DNA of 64,000 nt from Raillietiella orientalis (lineage: Eukaryota), in the NCBI GenBank assembly GCA_036172245.1, contig JAYWIR010000002.1, positions 7,068,001-7,132,000 on the forward strand, written 5' to 3'. The translations under genes and the position numbers were made by a program. The notes beneath the pieces are model-generated. The model was given only the letters and a program-made list of their open reading frames with translations, was not told the DNA's origin and made no database searches. Below, in pieces: positions 37,901 to 51,700 of this stretch. How positions within the stretch are numbered: the stretch's first letter is position 1; each line of letters starts with the position of its first letter.

Positions 37901-40900
37901 TCGCAAATGAACAACCTGGGCATTTTAAGATAAAAGTATTGTGAAGTCTTTTATCAGCAAAAAAATACCATCTGTTCTTCCTGTTTTTGTTCTTTTCCCT
38001 TCAGTACCTTCAGAATTTCAAGTAACGTGCGATCATAATTAGTCTTTTGAAAATCAAGGAATTCACTAATGTGTACATGTACCATGGTTTCGCAAGTGTG
38101 TGAGTGTGTGTGTTTTGCATTTTCTTTGAAGATCGATCAAATCTTCAGAATTTTGCACATTCGTCTTTACCTGCTTGATCTTCAGCTTCTCAGTCCCGAT
38201 ATTCCTGCCGCTTATCGAGTTTTCGAACGGAAGTCTTTCTGACGAATATATGGAATCTGCAGATCCTTCGTGCTACCCGCCTTGCCTCTGTGCTATGCGA
38301 TGGTCATTCATTTCAAAATGTTAATCTTCCGTCAGCATCTGTTGACTTGTTGTATGCAGGCGCTGAACACATTGCACACTGGAAATTCGGCAACTGACTA
38401 TTAGGTTTTTTGTGGGACGAGGAGGTGACGAATTGTCAGTCCCAGTGCAGAACTCCAGTTTCCCCCCTGTCTAGAACTTTTTCACGGCAAGCAAGCTACT
38501 ATTTTGATAGCCAGTGCTAGGGAAAGCTTCGCGGAAATTACGTTCCTTGAAATTGCGCTGATTATACTGCATTTTAGTTGCACTGCTTGAAAATCCACAA
38601 TGCGCACTACACGAGCGAAAATGTACTTATGCTGGATAGCTTTCCTTGACTGCTGAACAGGAAATTCCTCAGCTTCCACAGTTAATGAAAATCACATCTC
38701 AGAGGGAATTGTTTCACGTTTTCTTTTGCTAACATTCTGTGGAGGTAAAATGCGAACATGAATTGGTACCCGACAATGAATGGGTAAGGAAACCTACTAT
38801 CGCATTCCGAACATCGTTTGCACGTTCCGCTACAGGGAAGGAATTTCTTCCGTCTTTCGTTGGCACATTTCCGAACAGAAATGTCAGCAAGTGGCGTGAA
38901 AGATGCTCTTTGTCACTCTGAAAGCTTCATGTGTTAGGACCACAGCAGTTCCTCTCTATGCCTGCTCTCCACTTGGCCCAGTGGCATCTTCATCTAACGG
39001 CAAAATCGTATTCAATCATCTGACCCGGCGTTTTCATTCGTAGGATGTCACCGTCCGCATCCATCAGTCTTGCAGACCGTCATCGCGATCATCTCTACCA
39101 TTATTACTTATCCGATCTTTCTTAAGACGGATCACAGCGAGCTTCAAATTGCTGCTCCTTCCCCCCTCGCTACCGTCGTCCTTGTCTTCTGTGACTCCAA
39201 CGGATGCTGATGAAGCAGCCATCCGACTCTGCTGCTAAGGGAAACAGCAGCATTCTGGAAGCAGTTGGGTGCTGTCTCAGGCTGCCTTGGCTGATCCGCT
39301 TTCGTCGTGTGCTGATCGTCTTCTCTTTGAAACTCTGACGCTGTCGGCGTGTTGGTAGCCCGAGGCCATCGTTTATTCTCAGCTTTGCTTTCTTCCAAGA
39401 CGCTTAGGGCTTCCGATCATCCTCTCGTCTTTCTCACTCACACCCGGTCATGAATACCGGAGCTCGAAGAGACGAGCCTAGCCCGCAGCCGCAGGACGTC
39501 ACACTAGTCGGATACCCTGAGGGAAACCGTACTCGATAGTCTTTTAGAAGCTCGCCCTGTGCGTTGGTGCTCTCAGGCTCACAGCGCTTTCCACCTGCTC
39601 GTCTGCTATGACTCCATCGATTTACAGAAGGGTCCGCCCATAGAGCGATGCTCTGCTGTGCCAGCAGGGCGGTTAAGAGACGCTCAGGTTTGCAGACGAC
39701 GGGGGAGGAAAGGACGAAGAGCATTGGAAGGAGACGGAGGCACCGGAGAAGAAGAGTTTCGTCATTCTTGGGCCACGGTGGTCGTAACTTGTACCACCCA
39801 CCATGGCATGTTCCATGAGGTCCGCGATGACCTCTACAGGTTCGAGGCCATCGCGGACGAGAGAAAGGGGAGCTTGCTCCTCTTGGGAAGGACATTCTTC
39901 CTCATCCACCATCCCGGAGCTTTTCTTCTTCTTCCCCTTCGGGGATGACGTTCGTCGTTCCAGGTTCACTTGGCTGAGAAGGTTTTCTTCATTAGAAGGA
40001 TACCTCCCCCCCACCCCTTTCCGATCCTCCAGTCCTCCCTTGAAGGGAAATGCTTTCCTTTCTGGAAATGAGCTCTTTTTTCCCTGGGAGAAGTCGACAA
40101 ATCCAGTTTGGCGAGCCTATTTGTAGGTTCCGGTGAGGTGAGGAGGGAGCGGCTGTTCTTTGATTGGATGTGAGTTAGCACTACTCGGCCGTCGGATTCA
40201 TCCCCGCTACGTTCGTAGCTTTTCTTTTACTTCCGGTTCCCTAAACCGGACGTCTCGAGGACCAGCCCAAGCTCATCGCTGGGCGGGTCTCCCAGCGCTA
40301 GCAAAGACTTCCGCTTTCCTTCGGCTGGCGCGTGCAGGAGGGGGAATGGCGGGCGAACCTTCAAGCGCAAACCTCTGATGCCCTTGACGCGTCAAGTCCA
40401 CCTTGCAGATTCCGAAGGAGCAGCCCGGCGAAGACCGTTTTCCGCGGGCTCCAGCACGGAGATCTGATCGCAAGAGGCGTGGGTAACGCCGAATGCGCGG
40501 GTCTACCCATTACCTGAGAGGAAGAGTTTTCTCTTCCTTTCACCCTTCTCCTGCAGAGGCTGAGGAAGGCGGCGTGGATTGCAGTGGCAGGGAGGTGAAT
40601 GGGGTAGAGGAGCAAAGATCTTCCGCGGGTGTTCCAGCGGAGCCTTCCTCGAGGCGAGGTCTCAAGCGGTCTTCAGGTGCGCGACGGCAGGACCGGAACA
40701 TTCCAATTTCGAGAGCGAGATCCGCCATACCAGGGCGAGAGGTCCGTGTCAGGACGGCGCCTCGGATGGCGCCTTTGGTTAGCAGCAGTTGAGCATCTCG
40801 TCCGAAAGCGAACCCCTGCAAGAACGGTCAGTTTTCGCGGAAAAGGCAGCGCCGGACCAAAAAGGCGGAAGACGCTTGGAGCCCGGTTGGCGCTCATCTC

Positions 40901-43900
40901 ATTTGCGAAGGCCACACCACGCCGCAGGAAATCTGGGAGCTCTCCGGCGGCTCCAGCGAAGTTCAGTTGACGAACGGCGCCGCCGCGGGCTGGGACTTGT
41001 CGTTCTTCGTGCTGGGACCCCTGCACCAAGAGTTTTCGGATGCTCCGCGGAGGGGTCACCTTGGGAGCGCGCTCAGAAATGGGTGACTCCCCTTGAACCG
41101 CGGCCGAAGTCTCCTCCCAGGCAGGCAGGTGGAAGCAGGCAAGTCGTCCGGCAGCCGCCGCCGCCGCCTGACTGGCTTGTCTCCGCGCCGCCTTTGCGGT
41201 GCGAGAGAGCGAGCGAGCGTGCGCGTCGTCTGCGCGTGGCCTCGCGAACCCCTGCGGCACCGCGGTTTCGCCTCCGCGCGCCTTTCCTTGCCTTCTTGGA
41301 AGGCGCGGCGTCCCCCCCCCCCCCCCTCCCCAGAGTCGCTCACCGTTCGGCCCCACGTTCAGGTGGGAACGTCCTCGGGAGCGGGAGCACCCGGGAGCGG
41401 CGAGAGGAATACGCCTTCCATCCCGCCTTGGCAGCGGTGCCGGCGGCCAGGAAAGCGGGCAGAGCCTCGGGCAAGAGAGCGCTTCATTTTCGTGGCGTCA
41501 TAGGTGCTGCGGCGTTATGACGGAAGGCTCACCGTTGACCTGACGGACTCCCGGCGACGGGGTAAGCGCGGAGAGGAAGGCCCCTGTGGCCTGTGTGGCG
41601 AAGATGGAGGGAGTTTCCCTGCGATCCGTGGTTCTCCTCAAGAGGCGGCGCTGCCCGGGAATAGGGAGAGCTCCCTCGGAGGGAGTCGGGCGGAGCAGCT
41701 TCAATAGAAGGAAGGAGGGCCGCTGAGTCGCCTGCGCGAGCGGCGGTCCCTGCTACCCGAGGAAACCTCTAGGCGGGAGCACCGTATTGCCTCCCATTTT
41801 TACTCAGACAGGTTGATGGGGGACGGGCAGCCTCTGCTGAGGTCGTTGCTGTCCCCCTCCATCCCCTTCCAAAGTAGAAAAAAAAAAAAAAATACTTGGA
41901 AGACGACCTCTGAAAGCGGTCCTTCGCTTGGGGGTGCGAGGACGGCGGTCCGGGACTGTGCGCGGGCAGCCGCGCCCCCAGGTGAGAGGACAGGATCCTG
42001 CTCCTCCTTCGCCGACAGGAAAGGAGCGACCCTCTCCCCTCCCCCCCTTCCTTGGCGAAAGGGGTGGGAGGAAGAACAGGCGGGGACGGAGCGGAGAGTT
42101 GGTGAGGGCCTCCGGAAGCACCTGCCCCTGTGCTGGAGAGCCGGGAAGGACCCTTCTCGGTTGAATAGCCTCCGGTGGTGACACAAGAGGTGGCTGCGGC
42201 CCCGATTGGCGGTAGCGTCTCCCTCCATCTACCCCAGTGCCCGCACTCCCGCGCGGCCCCCTCTGGAGAGGAAAAGCCAGGTGGGAAGAGGGCAATATCG
42301 AGGTGCATTCGCTCGGTCCAGGATGGAGTAGGGTGGGGTGGGGGAAGACGGTCCCAGAAGAGTTGCCAGCCGGCTCTACCGAGAGGGGGTTTCCTCCTTG
42401 CCCTCCTTCCCGGCGGTTGGGTTTTCCCGAAGGACGTCTCTCCCTCGCTCCCCTCTCCCTGCGACCCGTGGTCTCCCGGGCGACGGGCGGCTACTCTCCC
42501 AGGTTGCCCCCTTCCCTCCCTTGGTACCTGGCGGCCGGGATCCTTGCTCGGGGCGAGGGAAGGGGGGCGCTTCCTCCCGGAAGGGCGTGTTCTCGGGAGC
42601 GGCGACGCGTTCCCCAGTTTCGCCTCCCCATTCCTATCCGTCTCAATCATGGATTCAAAGCGTTACGAGATACTTGAAGGGCGCCGCTACAGCGCCACTG
42701 GGACCGCGAGCGTTGCTGGCGCGTCCTGGAGATCCTGCCGTTAAGAGTCTCTCTCCCTCCGGGAGGGAGGGGGCGTTACCCCTCTCGAGAGCCCCGGTCC
42801 TCTTCCCGGAGGCTGACGATCCTCCGCGTGACGAGGGGGAATCCTCTCCGACACGTCGGGGGACGAGCGAGAGGTCCTGGGACTGCTGCGCGCTTCCTGG
42901 CGGCGGCCGCTTCCCGTTCGACCGCCCTCCTTCCGCGCGCGCGCCTGTGTGGAGGCCGCCCTGGCCGGCGCCGGCGCCACCGCGGACTGCGACTGAGGCG
43001 GCTCCTTGGGGAGGCGCACAGCGGAGGGGGAGACTGCGGGGACGAAGAGGGGGAAACGAGGGGGGGGGGAGGAAGGGGAGGAGGGAGAGTGGAAGCTGCC
43101 GCTGCGAAGTCGGGAAGTCGGGAGCAGACGCGTGGCTCCCCTGGCACTGGGCCGCCGTTCTTCGGCCGGCGGAACGCTGTTGGGCGGGCTCTCCCGACAG
43201 GGCGCCCGCCTGAGGACCCGCCCGAAGCGCAGCTTCCCCTTCCCATTTGGGGAGCCCCACGCTGGTACTGCGCCAGCGCGGTCGGTCGGGGAAAGGTCAA
43301 CCGCCCGCGCACCTTCGTCTCCTTGAGGACACAGCCTGCGTCGCCACGGAGTTGGAACCGAACCCTCCTCGCGGGGCGACTGCGGGGCTCCTTTCGCATC
43401 CCAAGGGCATCTCGGGCCTACCCGACCGGGTGGCAGAGAGCCCCTCGTTTCCACGGGGCATCCCCCGTGGAAACCACTGCCGGCCGGAAGCGAATGTCAC
43501 GAAGGATGCCTGAGGCGACCTTGGGATAACGAGAGGTGAGGGAAGGAGATGCCACGAAAAAGGGTGGTGCCACCCCAACGTCGAGGAGGCTGGAAAATTC
43601 TCCTGCAGCTTGGACCACACTGCCGCCGCTACGTAAATCCGTGCCATCCCCAAAAGAGTGGATTTCGTGCACAGAACACGTAGGCACACACAAAAGACTA
43701 CGTAAAACGTAACCATGCTTTGCCCCCCAGCGAAATGCCCTTCTGGTAACGGCGCGCCGCTCGTGGATTCACGGGTATTACTATTTACGAATTTATTTAT
43801 TATTTACAGAATCTATTTATTTACGACAAATGCTTTAAAGTAAACGCAGACGGGGAGGCGGAATTGTCTTCCGGCCTGCCGAAGTGCTGCTGGTCGGCAC

Positions 43901-44508
43901 GGTGGTCGTTCATTCCTTGGACCTTTTTTTTTTTTTTTTTTTTTTTTTGGCTTTTTGTCTGCACAGCACGAGACGGCAGGCATCCGAGAGCCTGAAATTT
44001 TTGTTGTGTCCACCATCGTCCATACGGGCAGTTCGAGCACAACGCAGAAAAAAACAACAGAAAAAAAGAAAAAAGAGAAACAAAAAATAAAAATTGTTTT
44101 TTTTCCCCTCTCTCCTCCAGCTCGCGCACCTCTTGCTCCTCAAGATACGCAGCGTCCCCCGTGGCTGCGAATTCCGTCTTTGTTCCACCTCCTGACCCCA
44201 TCCTTCCCCACCAACCCAGCTTCCCTTTACAATGTACGCGGCTACCAGATGCTGGAAACCGAATTCACTTTCGGAGACTTTTGTCTTCCGAGAAAATCAA
44301 TGTGTATCACGCATGAGACATGTGATCGCTGGCTATTTCCGACGGGTTCTGGTGTGATCGTATCGATTCGCTCCCTCTGGCTAAACGGCTAACGAAAAAT
44401 TGCGTAGTATCACAGTACCACACCACTAGACGAGGCTCGCGTTGCGCGAAGATTTCGTTCGTTGCTGTGATACGGGAGTCGCGCGATTCGTCCCCACACA
44501 CGGGCAAC

Positions 44509-47500
44509 ATGACTGAGGCGGTGATCACGTCGAGCAGGTAGGTGGAATTTGCACTTTGGTGGGAACCGCGTCTGGTTTTGCGGGTGAGCGAAGGGTGGAC
44601 GCCGTTTCTTTCTTTCTTTTTTTTTTTTTTTTTTTTTCTCTCTCTCTTCTTCCTTTGCGCGTTTTTTCGCGAGCTGGACCCTCGGGCTGGACACGACGTG
44701 TGTGCGGGTTTGTGTGTTTACGTGTTGGGTGCACCGTGGATGGATGGATCGAGGATCCCGTCGCGGGCACCTCCCGTGTGCGTGCACACGCGCGTGCTTT
44801 GGCCGTGGCCAAGCTGCGGTGGAGCACTCGTTCTCCTCCCGATTGGTGTGTTTCTTCCGGTGAGCAGCTACCGGATGTGCCACACGCAGCTCGTGCCATC
44901 CACTCTTGTGGATCCGAATCGCCCGCTTCCTCGTCATTTTTTTTTTTTTTTTTTTTTTGCTTTTATGTTTTGGGGAGGAGCCGCGCTTCCTAACGGCTTC
45001 CCGTTTTCGAGGGATCCCGTGAAACGGTGGCGAGCGCGTGGCTCATTTGCAGCCGTGCCTCCTCGACTTATCTGAGAGTCATCGTGGTGCATTTATAAAT
45101 ACACGAAGAAGAAGTAGGTTCCCCCGCGAGGTTGGAACCCTGCGAACCGCTGTCTTTGTTCGAAGGGAAATTTCGACTTTTGCCGCGGTTCAGAAGCGGG
45201 GACAGAGAGCACGGGGAGGGGGAGGCGAAGTGAAAGTTCCTGAGCGGGCGGCGTGCGTGTCTTCCGAGGAGGAGCGTCAACACACGGTGCTCCCGCCCAG
45301 CCTGTCGCCCTTCTGGTAGCGCGGGTCCGCCGTCGCCCGGCCGAGGACCCGGTCCACTAATGGTAGTCCACTTACTCGTTCGTCGGCAGCACCGCTGCCC
45401 TCCGTGGCACTCTGCAAAGCCAGCTTGGTTTCGTTGTTGTTGGCGTCCATTTCCCACGGATGTGTGCAGCCTTTCACGAGCAGGCATGCAGTCGTGTTTT
45501 GTGTGCGTGCGCGCGTGCTGCTGTAACCTCGGTTAAGTGTGCACTTCGGAGTAAAGTGGAACCGAGGATGAGTTCGTCATAGCAACGAATGCTCTCGGTC
45601 TTCCGTACTTGCCAATCAGCTCAGCGCAGCACGGCGTTGCAGCGTGTTTGCATCGATCGCCAACCGTGTCACTAGTGGCGGCTGGTTTTGCTACTCATCC
45701 GATTTCTCTCAGGCCAAGGACACACCTCTCCCATATTGTGGTTTCGATGCCTCCTTGCATTCAGATCGTGTTCGTCTTTCTTCCTTCTTCGTCCCTCCCT
45801 TCTTTGTTTTTTTTTTTTTTCCGGATTTTTTCCCCTCCCCAAATTCATGTCCCTTCAGCGTGTGTGGGACTGGAGGAGGGGATGCGGAAATCTTGTCGAT
45901 GCGTGTGTTTCATTTGTTTGCCGATGGTAAGGTTGCTGTTGTCTGTTTCGTACATACGAAACAACCATCACGTCCGTCATTTCAGTCTGAAAGCAAGCCT
46001 TAAAACAAGGACAGCCGTGGGTGACCAAGCTTTAGTCGAAACTGCTGCCATGCGAAAGGAAACACGAAAGTGTCACTGCCTTCCCGGAAGCGTTCTGGAA
46101 ATGTAACGTATAGCAAGGAAGGGTATTACGGTAAACATGCGTTGAAGACAACGTATACGCGAAAAACCGTAAGCTGTGCGTGGAAGGCCTCCCGTTTCCA
46201 GTTGGGAAAATTTCAGTCTTCAGTGTTGGCACCGTGATACATGTGAGTTTGGGTGGCAGTGTTCGTGTCCCAGTGTTCCTTTGCATTCGAGCATTCATTC
46301 TTTAAGCGGTCGCGTTGGCTTTGGTAGATGCTTTTGCGTTCGTTCCGGTGTAAGAGGCATATTTGCCCATCAGTTCTTGCAAAGGCCATCGGAAAGCACT
46401 GGCGGGATGATCCGAAAGCATCGGCTCGAAAGTTTTGCGGAAGAAGCTGGAGAAAAATGTTTCCCCTTTGCCCAGCGTGCAGTTATAAGGGAAATGCAAA
46501 ATAAGCTGGTTTAGAGGCCCTCACGTTGTGGAGGGGCCGAGTGCATTTGGGTCATGAACTGAAAATAGCATGCGCGCTTCTTGCGTTCGAGAATACTCGA
46601 AAATGGCCATCAGATTTCGCCCACAGCCGGGTGTCTCCCGAGTCTCAAACACCGTTTTTGCTCTTATTTCAGCTCGTCAACCAGTTTGCAGCGCAATGTT
46701 AGCTTTGGAGAGGATGTCGTAGCAAAAGATAGACACATGATATGCAAGCAGATCAGTATAGAAAGCCCTGTATCCAAGGGTGATAGTGTGTTCACTGCTG
46801 ATGTTCCGATTCCTGATGTCCCATCGGAGGGAGCAAGAATAAAAGTATGGCATTTTCAGTTGGCTTCAAATATTTATGCACGTGCGTGTGTGTGCGTACG
46901 CGGATACATATGGCTGGGTGTTCTCTCGTGTTGTCGCGCTTCTTGCTTGCTTATTTGTGTCCTAAGAAGGAAGCGTGCGGCAAGCTGATTTCCTTCATCG
47001 TCGGCGAACATGTTGCGAGCCCGCGCCTTGTATGAAAGTCTTTTTTCCTTTCAAGGAATAGAAGAGCATTCAGCATCACTTTCTGGATTTCTGTATTCGT
47101 CAGTGTTTGTATTCAGGAGTAACTTCAACCGAGGTTACAGTGGTTGCAGAAGACTTAGCTGGCAGGGAAGGCCGGGTAATTGTGGTGCTGATAGAGCAGT
47201 CAAAAAAGGGGTGACTCGAAATCTTTCATCCGTTTTCGTGCATGCATGAAATGGCGTTCCTTAGGCTGGCCCCCCCCTCCCGACACCCCTTTTCGTGTTA
47301 AGGAAAAATTCCTTCTGAGGCTGCTCTGCACGTAAGCTTCGTGTTGGGGGAGCCCCTTCAGTCTCTGAAAGAAACGAAATGGATGTGTTGTGTTGGCAAA
47401 GCATGTGTCGTCCCATCGACACCTACACGATACAGCAGTGTTGGTGTGTACGTGTGCTTGCTTTCAGGTAGTGTGTGCCGGCGTCTGCTATCGGAGAAGA

Positions 47501-48778
47501 GATTCTACGATCGGGAACGACAGCAGCTCCAGGCATGTTTCTGCAAGCAGCTTCAGAGGATTTCGAGATGCAGCACTGTACCCGGGCTACGAAGTTGCCG
47601 GCGTGATCGATGAGTTCGGTGCAGACGTGCGGCCCGATGTCCAGTTCGTGATCGGAGACCGCGTCGTGGTGTATCCCGATGAACTGATTCCTCACGGGTA
47701 AAAAAAAAAAAGAAAAAAAGTCCCCTCCCCCTGGCGGAAAGTTCAACGATCGAGGGGGTCGACTTTTTTCTGTGTGTGTGTGTGTTTTTTTTTGGTCTTT
47801 CAGGTATGCTGATTTCATCGTGGTGCCGGACATTGCCGATCTGGTCAAGGTGCCGGACAGCGTGCCCCTTCCTGTGGCTGCTATGCTTCCGACCACCGCC
47901 TTATGGGCAATGAACGCAGTGTTGAACGCCAAAACTTACGTAGACGAATTTCGGAAACGCGACGAGACCAGTAAAAAAGAAAAAAGGCATGCCCTGAACC
48001 CTGGATCTCATTTTGTCGATCAGAGAGAGTGAAGATTCTCATCGTTGGAACGGGCGGATTGGCCCTGTGGGCCATTCGATTCGCCAAGTACAACTTCTTA
48101 GATCATTCCAACGTGGAGATCACCGTCGCCACCCTGAAAGACGAAGGGCTGAGCCAGAGCGACGAGGGGGAAAAGTGAGCGTCCGCGACGGCACCCTTCA
48201 GGCGACTGCGCCGCTTCCCGTTCCAGGATCAACGTGGTCCACTGGTGCGAAGGCTTGTACGAAAAGCAGCTGATCGAGCGCACGCTTCTGGCTTGCCACG
48301 GCGAGGTCGACATAGTCATCGACTTCGGAACCACGGCTCGCACCCTGCTGCGCTCCCTGCAGTGTCTGGCAAAGGTGGTTTAGGGGAGGGGGCGCAAAGG
48401 GGGTTCCCGGTGGCAGGGAAGCACCGCGCGCTCTTCCCCGTTTCAGGATGGCGGCGTGGCGCTGATCGGCTCCGAAGTCAGCGGCTACCTCATCCAAAAG
48501 TTCACGAACGAGTGCCAGCAGAACAAGCAGACAATCCGCGCGATCGATATAGGCAGCCGTGAGCAGTTGCAGCAGCTGATGGATCTGGTGGCTGAAGGAA
48601 AGGTCAGTGGCTGAAGCGAGGGCGCTCACGAACTCAAGGGAGCGTCGTCTTCCACCCTCAGATCAAGCCGCCACACTACGAGATATTTCCGGCTGACCAG
48701 GCTGCTGAGGTCATGAAGAAGGTGCTGCGTTCAGAGATCCACGGTCGTGCCCTTCTGCAGTTCAGCGATCTAGTGTGA
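44509..48778 (+). CDS. Drat: Drat-like (CG1600-type) zinc-ADH/MDR-fold protein, probably lacking canonical Zn catalysis
   Basis: Exons: 44509-44537 (MTEAVITSS, inferred from start context and a phase-2 match), 46673-46844, 47468-47697, 47804-47970, 48024-48174, 48227-48374, 48447-48602 and 48662-48778. Motifs include VVCAGVCY, DAALYPGYEVAGVI, GDRVVVYP, VAAMLPT, KILIVGTGGLALWA, LYEKQLIERT, VDIVIDFGTT and IHGRALL. AATAAA lies at 49016. Confidence 0.85.
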
Positions 48779-51700
48779 CCAACCCTATTGCCATTCGTGG
48801 AGCCAAAGCAGCTACCTGTTTGATCAGTTTTGTGATGAGATTGCAGGCGTTGTCTACTGACGTTTATTCCTCACGTTGTTCGCCATGTTAGCCTTGCGAA
48901 GCGGAAGTGAAAGATGAATGTGATGAATGCGTGTGAAGTGATATAAAGAGAAAATCCGAAAGCGCGTGCTTGTTGGCCTTGCCTCTGGGTGCAGGATGGC
49001 GGCAGGGAGTAGCTCAATAAAGTTCATTCTTGGAGCCTCTTTCGTTGCTGCTTGGACAGTTGGCCGTTTTGCTGTTCGCGTGGGGAGTTGTCGGGCCCGA
49101 CGCGGTACACTGCTGGTTGATGCGGCAAACCCGATCTCGTGTACCGCAGTTCCCAGCGTTTATCGCGCGGTCTTTGGGAGGAGCCAGCGACGCCCATTCC
49201 AGCGCAGTGCCTGCATTTTGTACGTTCTTAAATGAAAGGCCTGAAGACCTTGCAGACTTAAGTGGATCGATTGCATACGAAGTAGTCCTGTGCCCTAGGC
49301 GTGCGCAAAAAATCTCTTCCCGTTGAAGGTCTCCAAGGCCAAGTATGCGCAAATTAAAGTACTCTCGGCTACCGCGGCGACGACACAACTACGCTTCGGC
49401 GCATCTATTTGTGTAAGAAGGCATTATCCGAGAAACTGAAGAGCAATATTCCTCGTTCTGGAACTTGAGATTGTTAAACTGTCGAAAACGTTCCAAGGCT
49501 GGGAACTATTTCAGGAAGTTCTCCATGGACCCGAAACTGCAGTTGTTTTCCTTCCTTCTACAAGTTAAGCACGCTTCGGCAGAGGAAAGCCAATACCGTT
49601 TTCAGGTGCCCGCGCTCCCAAGCAGGGAGTTGGTTTGTTTTGCCTCTACTGGATGTAGTAATTGGGTTCACGTTTTGGGGCCCCTTTTGTGTTTACTCAT
49701 TTTTTCCGACTCCACGGAGATGCTGCTGCCTCGCTGTAATGCCATAGGAAGATTTCGATTCCCAATTTTATTCCGCAGGGGATAGAGGGTGATGGATCAT
49801 CAGAGCCTCAGCATTCAGTACCTTGCAGTTCATGATACGAGGCTTTTTGCCTCGTATCACTTGCATTCTGTGAAGACTCCAGCAGCCATCTTTTGGCGTG
49901 GAGACTCTCCGCGCGTGAAGGGTGTCCAGAGAAGCATTGCATATTCTGGTTCCGGGCTTGCTTACAGGTCCTTCCCTCCCCCCCCCCTCCTTTCTCTTCT
50001 TCACATGTTTAATCATTCCATCGATCACTGCATCGTTTGCCTGAGGTGTGCTTCACTTCTTAAGGTCCGGATAGATTGTCGCTTGACCTTTGGTTCTGAA
50101 TGTTAACAGAAGATCCTGCACGATTTTTTTCTTGCAAGTTGGGAACAACTTTTTGTGCATGGTAAAGGGCTTAAAAATTAGAAAATTCAAAGAATTGAAG
50201 AGGAGCTCGGCTTGCCTTGGCTTAACGGTGCTGACTCTGTTCCAGCTTGGAAATGAAAAAAGTGATGAGAATTGAGCGATCCGTGTGTGCGTACCTGTGT
50301 TGTTCCACAATCCTGCAACTGCTTTGACCTTTGTTCCATTGGCCGTATCGCAGCGGAAGTTGTAAGCACTGCATCGCTTCACACTTCATTTTTTGGTTAT
50401 TTTCTTGAATTTCGAGTTCTTAACCATTTCAGGAAATCCAGTGTCAAGTCAGTTGATTTCCTGCAAGCAAGCGATTTCCTTTTTGCAATTCTTCGTGCCA
50501 CCTTTGCAAAGTTACCCCAAGGAATCTCCTTGGTATGACTGGATAGAACGAGCGCGGATAGAGCAGTTTGCAAGTAGCGTGACACTGCTCCAGGCGCATT
50601 TTCGAGTCCTGTGAATACATTGCGTGGTAACCTTCGATTCATGTTTTTTTTCGGAAAACGATTTTCTTTGTGTATGTGCCCGGGCGTGCTCAGAAGAACA
50701 GCTCCCAAATGTTGGACCACTGAACTTGCAGCATACGCCGCGAAGGAAGACAAAGTTAATCATCTTCAAAATGTTCAGAATTTCCTCGAGTTGTCTTCAG
50801 GCTGCTCGAAAGCCACATGCAACGCACGAGCATCGTATGCAAAGCTGCCAACTTGTTTTCATGCGTTTTTTTCCTCCCTCTGGCTGGGAAAGTGTCACCG
50901 GCCATTCGTTGAACCAGTCGGTAGGGTGCCATTGCTTACATGCTTCTTGCAATGCCGATGCAGAACTTGGTGACAGACCCTTAGGTCCATTGAAATTCGT
51001 CGAAAGGATGCTGCAGCGCATCCAAGTTTACTTTGTCATGTTTGTCCTTGAACCTGTTTCGAAGAAGGACTGATGTTTGGGATTCAGTAATTTGCGGAGC
51101 TACGCGCGCTCGTGCCGAAAGACTTATGGTTTTGACAAGCGAACAATCGAAGCGCTCGTATGGAGGCGGCAGCATGAATTGCCATCAACAAGCCTTTCCT
51201 GACCATGGGATGGTGATGCACGTGTTTTGATCCGATTTCTGTGCATTAGTGCATACTTATGATTCGGTCGAACCGAACGGCATCAGAGTGTCGAACACTT
51301 TATGCAAAAATGCATAACCTGGCTCGACGTAACCAGAGGCACCTCTTGGACGAATGCGTTTGGGGGCGTCGAAAATCCTTTCGTCACACATCCCTGTGCA
51401 TCACCTCTCCGTTTGGAAAGGAGTATTTGGAAGATCAGAAGCTTCAGAGAGGTCTCAGGATGTCCTCGTTTCTCGTTCAAAACTCAACTTCCTGCGGCGC
51501 CCAGATGGGATCCAGGTGAAGTTCCATCGTTAAAGTACTCTCAGGACCAATCAATCAGATCAGGGAAGCATGCATTCGACATGAAAGCGAGTTCTTGTTT
51601 TTTTTTTTTGCATCCCTGGAAGGAAACCTACCGAGACACCATATTCAATATTCGTAATTTCCCAAGTGATCCATAACTTCAATTCACACATTCCCAAGAT

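Noticed and set aside
39974..40003. Minus-strand GTATCCTTC...CAG U12-like intron
   Set aside because: It is only 30 nt long, has no proper branch site and lies in no supported gene model.
44361..44368. DRE element upstream of Drat
   Set aside because: TATCGATT is only a 7/8 match to TATCGATA and has no other support.
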